From the NCBI GenBank assembly GCA_963827655.1, contig CAWHCF010000044.1, positions 192,001 to 256,000 on the forward strand: DNA of 64,000 nt. Reading direction: 5' to 3'. Below the pieces are notes generated by a model, which worked only from the letters and a program-made list of their open reading frames with translations, did no database searches and was not told the origin of the DNA. The stretch comes from an uncultured Acidobacteriota bacterium (GTDB lineage: Bacteria > Acidobacteriota > UBA6911). Positions 39,645 through 48,087 of this stretch are shown here, one piece after another; within the stretch, counting starts at the first letter, position 1; every line of letters begins with the position of its first letter. The translations under genes were made by a program, and so were the position numbers.

Positions 39645-41057
39645 ATGAACATGCTGATCAGATTTTCAAGAAGAGTCAGAGTTACCGGTTTCCTGTTCCT
39701 CTTTGTCTTGTCAGGAGCGAACTTGGTTCTCCCCCAACCCAGAGCCGACCAGATAGAGCCGCGCGCCGGCACCTGGAAGACCTGGGTGCTCTCATCGGGC
39801 AGCGAGCTTCGTGTGCCGCCCCCGCCCAATCAGACCGTCACCGGCTTCGAGATTGAGTGGCTGCGATCGCTGGACACGGAACGAAACGAGATCGCGCTCA
39901 AGCACGCCCACCACTGGAACGCCGGATCACCCGCCTACCGGTGGGTCGAACATGTGATCAAACGCATCGTCGAAGGGAGAGCCGGCGCGGTCAACATGAT
40001 TCGCATGTGGACCTACGTGACCATGGCCATGCACGACGCTACGATCGCGGCCTGGGACTCGAAGTATTTCTACAACCGCCCGCGCCCAAGTGAGGTCGAT
40101 CCGACCCTGGCGACTATTTTTCCCAACCCGCGAAGTCCTTCTTACCCATCCGAGTACGGCGCTGCGGCCGGCGCGGCTTCGGCTGTCCTCGCCTATCTCT
40201 ATCCCGGTGAAGCGCAGGCGCTCGCAGTACTCGCCGAGGAAGCCACCCGATCCAGACTGTACGCGCGCGTTGAATACCCAAGCGACTACTTTGCCGGCCT
40301 CGAACTCGGGCGGGCCGTGGCCGCAAAGGTGATCGAGCGCGCCCGCGCGGATGGCAGCGATGCGGTGCCGAATCTGACGGTTCCGACCGGACCCGGCTTC
40401 TGGATAGGCACCAATCCGATCGGTCAGACAATCCCGAACTGGAAAGCCTTTCTGCTCTCCGCCAACAACGAATTCAGGCCCCCTCCTCCTCCCGCTCATG
40501 ACTCGCAAGAGAAGGCGGACGAGTTAGCCGTGGTCCGAAACCACCCTCGGGCCGCCGGTAGTCCGGCGGCTTTCGAGACCAGCTGGAGAGCGATGCTCAC
40601 CGAGTCGGGCGAAGGCGTACGCACCTCCTGGCACCACCTGGCCAGCCAAAAGATTTTCGAATACCGGCTGGAAAACAATCCACCTCGCGCGGCCCGTGTG
40701 TACGCGCTGGTAAGCGTCGCTCAGTTCGATACTCAGATCGCGTCCTATGACGGGAAGTTCACCTATTGGGCCCCGCGTCCTTCGCATCTGGACAGCAGCA
40801 TCACCCCCCTCTTTCCAGTACCGAACCACCCCTGCTATCCATCCAATGGCGCCGCCTACTCGCGAGCTCCGGCGGAAGTTCTAGCCTATTTGTTCCCACA
40901 AGACGGCGACGCTATTCTCGCCAAAGGCGTGGAACAGGGCATGTCACGGATTTGGGCGGGTATCCATTTCCCGAGTTGCTTCAATGCCGGCCGAGCCATG
41001 GCCTTGAGGGTGGCCCAGAAGGTCATTGCCTGGGCGGAAAACGATGGCTCGAGATAA
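39645..41057 (+). CDS. Tandem PAP2 / vanadium haloperoxidase-like secreted protein
   Basis: KYFYNRPRP..PSYPSE..SRLYARVEYPSD and KFTYWAPRP..PCYPSN..SRIWAGIHF; GAGGAGG RBS. Confidence 0.8.
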   Translation: MNMLIRFSRRVRVTGFLFLFVLSGANLVLPQPRADQIEPRAGTWKTWVLSSGSELRVPPPPNQTVTGFEIEWLRSLDTERNEIALKHAHHWNAGSPAYRWVEHVIKRIVEGRAGAVNMIRMWTYVTMAMHDATIAAWDSKYFYNRPRPSEVDPTLATIFPNPRSPSYPSEYGAAAGAASAVLAYLYPGEAQALAVLAEEATRSRLYARVEYPSDYFAGLELGRAVAAKVIERARADGSDAVPNLTVPTGPGFWIGTNPIGQTIPNWKAFLLSANNEFRPPPPPAHDSQEKADELAVVRNHPRAAGSPAAFETSWRAMLTESGEGVRTSWHHLASQKIFEYRLENNPPRAARVYALVSVAQFDTQIASYDGKFTYWAPRPSHLDSSITPLFPVPNHPCYPSNGAAYSRAPAEVLAYLFPQDGDAILAKGVEQGMSRIWAGIHFPSCFNAGRAMALRVAQKVIAWAENDGSR

Positions 41058-41150
41058 GTAGCGAGGTGCTGGCGCCCGACAAGATTGCTGGCGTTTCTTC
41101 GAGTCTTTGAGTCTTAGTGGTTGGTTTTGTTCGCCGCACCAACCACTAAG

Positions 41151-41390
41151 GGTTCGCGCAGAAATAAGTTCGCATTCTGCTGCAGGCCCCCAGGCCCGCT
41201 GGCGAGGCGCGAGCGACGATGCGTACCCGGCGCGGTACGTGAGGAGCGAGCAACAAAGCCAGCGGGCTGCGGGCCGCAGCCCGAAGGGGCGCGCTCCTCA
41301 AGGTGCCAGGCTGGGTTGCTGACAGAAACCTCGGTTCAAAATGACCCACGGATTCTCGCGCCAGAATGTGAAGTTATTTCTGCGCGAGCC
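41151..41390. mobile_element. 240-bp MITE with 29-bp terminal inverted repeats and target duplication
   Basis: GGTTCGCGCAGAAATAAGTTCGCATTCTG / CAGAATGTGAAGTTATTTCTGCGCGAGCC (26/29). Flanked by CTAAG direct repeats (41146-41150, 41391-41395), which can also be read as a TAA duplication with GGG/CCC ends. Confidence 0.85.
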
Positions 41391-41422
41391 CTAAGACGCG
41401 AAGACACCAAGAAACGCCAAGC

Positions 41423-42733
41423 CTACGATTTCGCGATCTTCATCTTCATGAACACCAGACCGGTCAGAAGCTTGGGGTAGAAGTCCGTCGACTTCTGGGG
41501 CATGCGCTCGCCAAGAACGGCGATCCGCTGCACTTGCTCCACGCTGGTCGGGTTGAGAAAAAACGCGGCCTGGTAACGTTCATCGTCCACTCGCCGGATA
41601 CAAGCCTCCCGGTCGCGAGCGTAATCCACGTGAGCCTGGGCTACCAGCTTACCCTCATCGATCCCAAGCAGACGATTGAGAACCAGGGTATGCAGAATGC
41701 TGACGTCCAGGTGGCGGTACGCCTCCGGATGTGACAGCATGAACGGATCGACCTTGGCTTCTTCCTTCAGGCGAAGCAGAGAAAAGCTTCGCGTGTCTCC
41801 GGGGTAGAAACCAAAGACATGGGAGGAACTCCGCCCCGCCATCATCTTTTCCCAGAGAAGCGCGCTCGATGCCACGGATTCGATTTCAAAGAAGCGCCTC
41901 GCCTCGCCCAGAAAGTTGCGTGAATTGAATTCAGGCAGATCGCGAATCAACCGGTGTGTTGGAAGTATCGTGATGCCCCGATCGGCGCTGTTGAAGCAGG
42001 CTACCAGCCGCTTGTCGAAAGATTCAATGCCCGCCGGTTTGAAACCGCTGGCCTCGCATTCCTTCATGAAATTGACCGACGTCTCGAAACGATGGTGTCC
42101 GTCGGCGATGAAGAGTTCCTCGGGAACCATCGACTCGGCAATTTTCTTTATCACCGCGGGATTGGTGATAATCCAAACCCGGTGTTTGACTCCGAAATCA
42201 TCACTGACGTCGATCTCGGGATGGGAAAGCGAGGCAGCTTCATCAAGCATGCCGTTGACCGCCACCTTATCGTCGGTATACAGCATGAAGATGAGGTCCT
42301 CGTTACATTCGGTCGCCCGCATGAGGCGCAGCCGATCCTCTTTGGGTTCCGCCATGGTGCGTTCATGCGGCAGAACGCCCGAGCCCGAGTGCTTCAAGTC
42401 CAGCAGAGCCATAAAGCCCCGCCTCACTTTCGCCTTACCTTCCACTTCATAGTACTGGTAGTAGACGTAGATCGCCGGCTCAGGGTCCTGGATCAGCACT
42501 GAATCGCGGATCCAGCCTTGCAGCGTGGAAGACGCTTCAGAATAATCCGTGTCGGGATTGACGGTTTTTTCCAGGCTCTTGGTAATGCGCGCCACATTGT
42601 AGGGCGAGCGGCGATAGTAATCCTGCTGCAGCTCCGGAGAGATCTTGTCGTAGGGTTGTGTGACCAGCCGATCGAGGTCGCCGGCCTGCGTCCTGTTGTA
42701 GCGATATGCCCGGAATGGATGTAACTCAGCCAA
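41423..42733 (-). CDS. DUF1015 family protein
   Basis: PFRAYRY, PYDKI, LPHERT, IADGHHRFET, MPQKSTDFYPKLLTG. Confidence 0.9.
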   Translation of the reverse strand: MAELHPFRAYRYNRTQAGDLDRLVTQPYDKISPELQQDYYRRSPYNVARITKSLEKTVNPDTDYSEASSTLQGWIRDSVLIQDPEPAIYVYYQYYEVEGKAKVRRGFMALLDLKHSGSGVLPHERTMAEPKEDRLRLMRATECNEDLIFMLYTDDKVAVNGMLDEAASLSHPEIDVSDDFGVKHRVWIITNPAVIKKIAESMVPEELFIADGHHRFETSVNFMKECEASGFKPAGIESFDKRLVACFNSADRGITILPTHRLIRDLPEFNSRNFLGEARRFFEIESVASSALLWEKMMAGRSSSHVFGFYPGDTRSFSLLRLKEEAKVDPFMLSHPEAYRHLDVSILHTLVLNRLLGIDEGKLVAQAHVDYARDREACIRRVDDERYQAAFFLNPTSVEQVQRIAVLGERMPQKSTDFYPKLLTGLVFMKMKIAKS

Positions 42734-42751
42734 GCCTAACCACCGATGGTT

Positions 42752-43588
42752 TTACCGCAGCAAATCCTCGAGCTGGATCCTGCTCTCCGTTTTCGAATCC
42801 CGGTACTTGACGATAATGGGAGTATAGATCGAGAGCTGTTGCTCTTTCCCCCACCCATCGGAAACGGCTCGGGTCCCGGGGACCACCACTGCCTGAGCCG
42901 GTATTTCGAGGGGGCGATCGTCCTGGCGCCGATAAAGCGTCTTTCTCACGAGATCGTAAACCGGCGTGCCCCCGGTGAGGATCGTCCCCGCACCGAGGAC
43001 CGCACCCTCGCGAATAATAGTCCCTTCATAAACACCGCAGTTACCGCCGATCAAGACATCGTCTTCAACTATGACGGGGAGCGCCCCGACCGGCTCGAGC
43101 ACTCCGCCGATCTGGCTGCCGGCGCTCAAGTGAACGCGCTTGCCGATCTGCGCGCATGAACCAACCAGGGCGTGAGAGTCGATCATGGTGCCGTCATCCA
43201 CGAACGCCCCGGCGTTGATGTACATGGGAGGCATGCAAGTCACTCCTTTTCCCATGTGGACTCCATCCCGTATCGAGGACCCGCCGGGAACGACCCGGAC
43301 CCCGTCATCGATGGTAAGGCGCTTCAACGGAAAAGTATGCTTGTCGAAAAAGCGGAAATTATCGTCCACCGAAAAATTCTTCAAGCTTCCCATCTTGAAG
43401 CCCAGCAGAATTCCCTGCTTGACCCAGAGATTAACGGTCCAGGTGGCGTCTCGCCTCGCGGCGGCACGGATCTCGCCTCTGTTGAGCGCGTCCTTGAACT
43501 CTTCGAAGATTCGAAAGTCCTCGCGCGAGTATCCTTCCTGCGGCGGGTCTCGGAAAAGACGGCTAATCTCCTGTTCGAGTTCTTTCAC
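42752..43588 (-). CDS. dapD: Tetrahydrodipicolinate N-succinyltransferase
   Basis: WVKQGILLGF, FFDK, RVVPGG, VGSCAQIG..HLSAG.QIGGVLEP. Confidence 0.95.
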   Translation of the reverse strand: MKELEQEISRLFRDPPQEGYSREDFRIFEEFKDALNRGEIRAAARRDATWTVNLWVKQGILLGFKMGSLKNFSVDDNFRFFDKHTFPLKRLTIDDGVRVVPGGSSIRDGVHMGKGVTCMPPMYINAGAFVDDGTMIDSHALVGSCAQIGKRVHLSAGSQIGGVLEPVGALPVIVEDDVLIGGNCGVYEGTIIREGAVLGAGTILTGGTPVYDLVRKTLYRRQDDRPLEIPAQAVVVPGTRAVSDGWGKEQQLSIYTPIIVKYRDSKTESRIQLEDLLR

Positions 43589-43616
43589 GGCAGTTCACAG
43601 AGAAGGCGTGACAGTC

Positions 43617-44507
43617 TCATGGCACGAGCTGAAGTTCCCGTAGGACTGCGGAAAGCTTGGTCCGCGCGCCCTCGGAGATCGGTACCAGCGGCAACCGGTA
43701 GACCTCTGCGATTTTTCCCATCATGGCAAGCGCCGCCTTCACCGGTATGGGACTGGACTCGACAAAGTTGACCTTCATGAGCGGATAAAGCTTTCGGTTC
43801 CATGCGCGAGCCTCTTGCCAGCGCCCCTCCAGGCATGCGGTCGTGAACTCCGCCATCATGCGCGGCGCCTCATTCGAGGCTACCGAGATGACCCCACGCC
43901 CTCCGAGAGCAATCAACGGCAGGGTAACGGCATCGTCGCCTGAAAGGACGGCAAAGTCTTCAGACGCTCGAGTGCAGAGATCGCCGATCTGCGAAATATT
44001 CCCGCTCGCTTCCTTCACTGCCACGATGTTGGGTATCTCGGCCAGGCGAAGTAACGTTTCGGGTTCGATATTACTCGAGGTCCGGCCGGGAACATTATAG
44101 ACAATGATGGGCAGGTCCGTAGAACGCGCGATTGCGCGGAAGTGCTGGTAAATCCCCTCTTGAGTTGGCTTGTTGTAGTACGGGGAAACCGAGAGAATCG
44201 CGTCGACCCGGAGCCTCTTCAGTTCCTCGATCAGTTCGATCACCTTGGCTGTATTGTTGCCTCCCGCTCCGGCAACAACGGGAACACGCCCCGCGGCTAC
44301 CTGGACTGTTACCTTTACGACGCAGAGGTACTCCTCATGGGTCAGGGTCACGCTCTCTCCTGTCGTGCCGCAAGGAACCAGGAAATGAATGCCCTCTTCG
44401 ATCTGCCAGTCAACAAACGAGCTCAGAGTTCGTTCATCGAGGCTTCCGTCTTTCTGAAACGGCGTAACCATCGCCGTTCCGCAGCCGCGCAGAGCCAGTT
44501 TGCTCAT
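43617..44507 (-). CDS. dapA: 4-hydroxy-tetrahydrodipicolinate synthase
   Basis: GTTGES, PYYNKP, YNVPGRT, VKEASG. Confidence 0.96.
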   Translation of the reverse strand: MSKLALRGCGTAMVTPFQKDGSLDERTLSSFVDWQIEEGIHFLVPCGTTGESVTLTHEEYLCVVKVTVQVAAGRVPVVAGAGGNNTAKVIELIEELKRLRVDAILSVSPYYNKPTQEGIYQHFRAIARSTDLPIIVYNVPGRTSSNIEPETLLRLAEIPNIVAVKEASGNISQIGDLCTRASEDFAVLSGDDAVTLPLIALGGRGVISVASNEAPRMMAEFTTACLEGRWQEARAWNRKLYPLMKVNFVESSPIPVKAALAMMGKIAEVYRLPLVPISEGARTKLSAVLRELQLVP

Positions 44508-44520
44508 GACATCTCCTTTG

Positions 44521-44663
44521 GATTTACGATTGACGATTTACGATTGACGATTTTAAAAGCAACCGACAGCGGCGCTTCAAACGTCAAACCTGCAATCGCG
44601 CCCTGATAATTGACTAATGACGAATAAAATCAATCGTCAATCGTAAATCGTCAATCGTCAATC
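44521..44663. repeat. Inverted pair of (GATTGAC)n heptamer arrays between dapB and dapA
   Basis: GATTTACGATTGACG.. at 44521-44552 and ..AATCGTCAATCGTAAATCGTC at 44628-44663. Confidence 0.85.
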
Positions 44664-45367
44664 CTGTTGATTCCAATGATTTCGCGGAAAACGTCTCGAA
44701 AATCGTACAAGCCCTTCTTACCTTTGATCCAGCGCGCGGCGAGTATCGCCCCCTCGGCAAAGCCCTGCCGGCCACGGGCGCGATGTTCCAGGATAATAGT
44801 ATCCGATTCGCTATCATATCCCACGGCATGGTTCCCGGGAATGAACCCAGCGCGAATGCTGGCAATTCCAGGAGACGTTTCTTTCACGTGTGGCTTCAGC
44901 AGTTCGAACAAGTTTAACGCCGTTCCCGAAGGGGCGTCCTTCTTGGTGCGATGATGTTCCTCGACGATGTACGGATCGTATTGAGGAACGTTGGCGATGA
45001 TCCGCGCCGCGTGAGCTACGATCTCGAAGAAAAGGTTCACCCCGACCGAGAAATTGGAAGCATAGATCAGCCCGATCCCCGACTCACGAACGGTTCGCTC
45101 GACTCCGTCCCGCGCTTCAAGCCATCCTGTAGTCCCTACCACAAGGTTCACCCCGGCTCGCGCTGCGGCCTCGATGTTGGGCAACACCGCATCGGGTTGA
45201 GAGAAGTCCATGGCTACGTCGACGCCTGCCATCGACGCGGAGGTAATGCCGCTTCCGCCGGCATTGTCGTCGATGTCGAGTTTGGGAGAAACTTCCCATC
45301 CTTCGCGCAGAGCCAGAGTTTCCACCAGCCTTCCCATCTTTCCGTAACCTAACAGCGCGACTCGCAT
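44651..45367 (-). CDS. dapB: 4-hydroxy-tetrahydrodipicolinate reductase
   Basis: GYGKMG, VVGTTGW, ASNFSVG, EEHHRTKKDAPSGTA. Confidence 0.95.
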   Translation of the reverse strand: MRVALLGYGKMGRLVETLALREGWEVSPKLDIDDNAGGSGITSASMAGVDVAMDFSQPDAVLPNIEAAARAGVNLVVGTTGWLEARDGVERTVRESGIGLIYASNFSVGVNLFFEIVAHAARIIANVPQYDPYIVEEHHRTKKDAPSGTALNLFELLKPHVKETSPGIASIRAGFIPGNHAVGYDSESDTIILEHRARGRQGFAEGAILAARWIKGKKGLYDFRDVFREIIGINRIDD

Positions 45368-45380
45368 CCTCACACCCTGG

Positions 45381-46754
45381 TTACTCAAAAATTCGCCTGT
45401 CGAGCTTTTGAAAGAACACGTCGTGCAAACCCCTCACCGCCGCGGGCAGCCTGTCTTCATCGATGACGAACGTGATGTTAATCGCGGACGCGCCCTGTGA
45501 AATCATATGTACGTTGACATCCTGCAGCGCGCTGAACACAAGATGCGCCACTCCGGGAATATTGCGCAAATGGTCGCCCACGCAACAGACTATGGCCTTC
45601 CCCCCGTCCACGTTGACTTCGCCGATTTTCTTCAATTCCGTGACTACGTCAAACAGGGTTGACGTGTCGTCCAGCGTCAACGATACGCTCACCTCCGATG
45701 TGGAAACAACATCAACCGGGGTCTTGTGCAAATCGAAAATCTCAAAGATTTTCTTCAGGAAGCCATGGGCCATCAGCATTCGGGTTGACGCGATGTTAAC
45801 GATCGTGATCCCCTTCTTATACGCAATCGACTTCACGGGATTCTCGCATGGAGGAGTTTCGTCCGTGATGAGGGTGCCATCCTGGTCCGGCTTGTAACTG
45901 TTCAGCACGTGCACTGGAATCTTCTTACGGACAGCCGGCAGGATCGTCGCGGGGTGGAGGACACGGGCGCCGAAATACGCCAGCTCCGCGGCCTCATCAA
46001 ACGAGATGACTTTCACCCGGCGCGCTTCAGGTACCATGCGTGGATCCGTCGTCATGATGCCGTCCACGTCGGTCCAGATCTGAATGTCATAGGCATCAAG
46101 GGCCGCGCCTACGATCGCAGCCGTATAGTCCGAGCCGCCTCGCCCGATCGTGGTCGTGATTCCATTGCGCGTCGAGCCGATGAATCCCTGGACGACCGGA
46201 ACCCTGCCGTTCTTGACCGCCGGGCCGAGCTGTTCCCGAATCGCAGCCTCGGTGAGTTCGAATAAAGGCGCGGCCCGGGTGAAGTTCTCGTCGGTGATGA
46301 TGCACTGGCGCGAATCCATGAGCTGGGAGCGAATACCGCGTTCTTCGAACACGTGCGCCAGAATCAGCGTGGAGAGCCTCTCCCCGAAGCTCGCGATCGT
46401 ATCCATGCTGCGCGGCGTCAGTTCTCCGAGGACAGCCAGGCCCCTCATCAAGGTGCCAACTTCTTTGAAGTGAAGGCTGATTGCGTCCAGCACGTCGCCC
46501 CTCGAGCTGCCCGAGAGCAACTTTTGCGTTTCACGCAGGTGCTTCTCTTTTAGCCGGGTGACCTGCTCGAGCGCTTCCTGCTTCTTCCCATCAGCGGCCA
46601 GCGACGCCGCCTTGAGCAACCCATCCGTGGTTCGCCCCATGGCGGAGGCCACCACAATCGGCTTCTGCTTCAGGCGCTGCTTGATGACGCAGGCCACCCG
46701 TTCCATCGCCTCGGCATCCTGGACGGATGTCCCGCCAAACTTGCAGACGATCAT
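45381..46754 (-). CDS. lysC: Aspartate kinase (lysine-sensitive type)
   Basis: KFGGTSV, GRGGSDYTA, WTDVDG, two ACT domains. Confidence 0.95.
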   Translation of the reverse strand: MIVCKFGGTSVQDAEAMERVACVIKQRLKQKPIVVASAMGRTTDGLLKAASLAADGKKQEALEQVTRLKEKHLRETQKLLSGSSRGDVLDAISLHFKEVGTLMRGLAVLGELTPRSMDTIASFGERLSTLILAHVFEERGIRSQLMDSRQCIITDENFTRAAPLFELTEAAIREQLGPAVKNGRVPVVQGFIGSTRNGITTTIGRGGSDYTAAIVGAALDAYDIQIWTDVDGIMTTDPRMVPEARRVKVISFDEAAELAYFGARVLHPATILPAVRKKIPVHVLNSYKPDQDGTLITDETPPCENPVKSIAYKKGITIVNIASTRMLMAHGFLKKIFEIFDLHKTPVDVVSTSEVSVSLTLDDTSTLFDVVTELKKIGEVNVDGGKAIVCCVGDHLRNIPGVAHLVFSALQDVNVHMISQGASAINITFVIDEDRLPAAVRGLHDVFFQKLDRRIFE

Positions 46755-46756
46755 GG

Positions 46757-47803
46757 TCAGTCCAGGAAACCCTGCGCCTTGAGCAACTCGGCGTTCAGGA
46801 TAGATGCTCCCGCTGCTCCGCGGATGGTATTGTGACCCATTACGGTGAATTTGAAATCGAGCACAGGACAGGGACGAATCCGCCCCACCAGGGCGGCCAT
46901 CCCGCCCGAATGGTTCACGTCGAAGCGCGGCTGGGGCCGGTCTTTTTCGGGCATGACGATCAGCGGGTGTTCGGGCGCGCTGGGCAATCGAAGCCGCTGC
47001 GGCGGACCTGAAAAGTCCTGGAGCGTCTCGGCTATCTCCTCAACCGTGGTCTTGCGGGCGAACTTCACCGAAACGGATTCGGTATGACCATCCTCTACCG
47101 CCACCCGATTACATTGAGCGCTCACGGCAAAGTCGGCGAGCTGGATCGACTCACCGTTAAGCCGGCCGAGGATCTTGCGGGTCTCGATCTCCATTTTCTC
47201 TTCCTCGCCTCCGATAAATGGAATGACATTCCCCAGAATGTCGAGCGACGGAACTCCCGGATAGCCCGCCCCGGAGATCGCTTGCATCGTGGTCACGAAC
47301 ACCTTCTCAACCGTGAAGGCGCGGTGTAAAGGACCGAGAGCCATCGCCAGAAACATCGTGGAGCAATTCGAGTTGGTAATGATATAGCCGTGGCCGTCGC
47401 GTCTCCGCCGCTGCACCGGAATCAGGCCAAGGTGATCATGATTCAATTCCGGAATAACCAGCGGGACATCTGCGTCCATCCGATGGTTTCTCGAGTTGCT
47501 CAAAACGACGTATCCGGCGCGCGCGAAGTTTTCTTCAACTTCTCCAGCTACCGACGCATCCAATCCGGAAAAAACAATCTTGCAATCGAGCTGGGGCGTG
47601 CACGGACGGACTTCCAGGTCGCGCACGGTCTCCGGAATCGGCGTATTCTGTTTCCATGAAACCGCGTCTGCGTAACGCTTTCCAGCCGATCGCTCCGAGG
47701 CCGCAACTTGAGTCACCTCAAGCCAAGGGTGAGATTCGAGCAGCTTGATAAACTTCTGGCCCACCGCGCCGGTAGCGCCCAACACGCCGACAGGTATTCT
47801 CAT
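46757..47803 (-). CDS. asd: Aspartate-semialdehyde dehydrogenase
   Basis: GATGAVGQ, NSNCST, QAISGAG, CNRV, HNTIRGAAG. Confidence 0.96.
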   Translation of the reverse strand: MRIPVGVLGATGAVGQKFIKLLESHPWLEVTQVAASERSAGKRYADAVSWKQNTPIPETVRDLEVRPCTPQLDCKIVFSGLDASVAGEVEENFARAGYVVLSNSRNHRMDADVPLVIPELNHDHLGLIPVQRRRRDGHGYIITNSNCSTMFLAMALGPLHRAFTVEKVFVTTMQAISGAGYPGVPSLDILGNVIPFIGGEEEKMEIETRKILGRLNGESIQLADFAVSAQCNRVAVEDGHTESVSVKFARKTTVEEIAETLQDFSGPPQRLRLPSAPEHPLIVMPEKDRPQPRFDVNHSGGMAALVGRIRPCPVLDFKFTVMGHNTIRGAAGASILNAELLKAQGFLD

Positions 47804-47900
47804 GATCCTCCATCCTTCCCAAACAGCACTCTCGTAGAACTTGCGAGAAAAAGGCCGGATATTTTCTCACATCGTCTCGAGCGCAACAAGCCATTAAGAC

Positions 47901-48064
47901 ATTGACGATTTAATTGACGATTGATATTAAACACAAACGAAACATCGGCGCTTCAATTTCGATTTGTTACATAACACAAACAGACCTGCCGGAACTAGGA
48001 CCTCCCCATTTGAGATTGAGGCGATACTGTCTCGTCAATCGTCAATCGTCAATCGTCAATCGTC
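47901..48064. repeat. Inverted pair of (GATTGAC)n heptamer arrays
   Basis: ATTGACGATT..ATTGACGATTG at 47901-47923; (CGTCAAT)4 at 48033-48064. Confidence 0.8.
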
Positions 48065-48087
48065 ATCCGTATGCTAGAGTGTTCCCC

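Noticed and set aside
32621-48064. Short repeats as a possible CRISPR array
   Set aside because: Units are 7-8 nt in tandem, not 25-40-nt repeats with unique spacers, and no cas genes are present.
47804-48087. Lysine riboswitch upstream of asd-lysC-dap
   Set aside because: No L-box consensus is recognisable; the region is largely heptamer repeats and promoter-like sequence.
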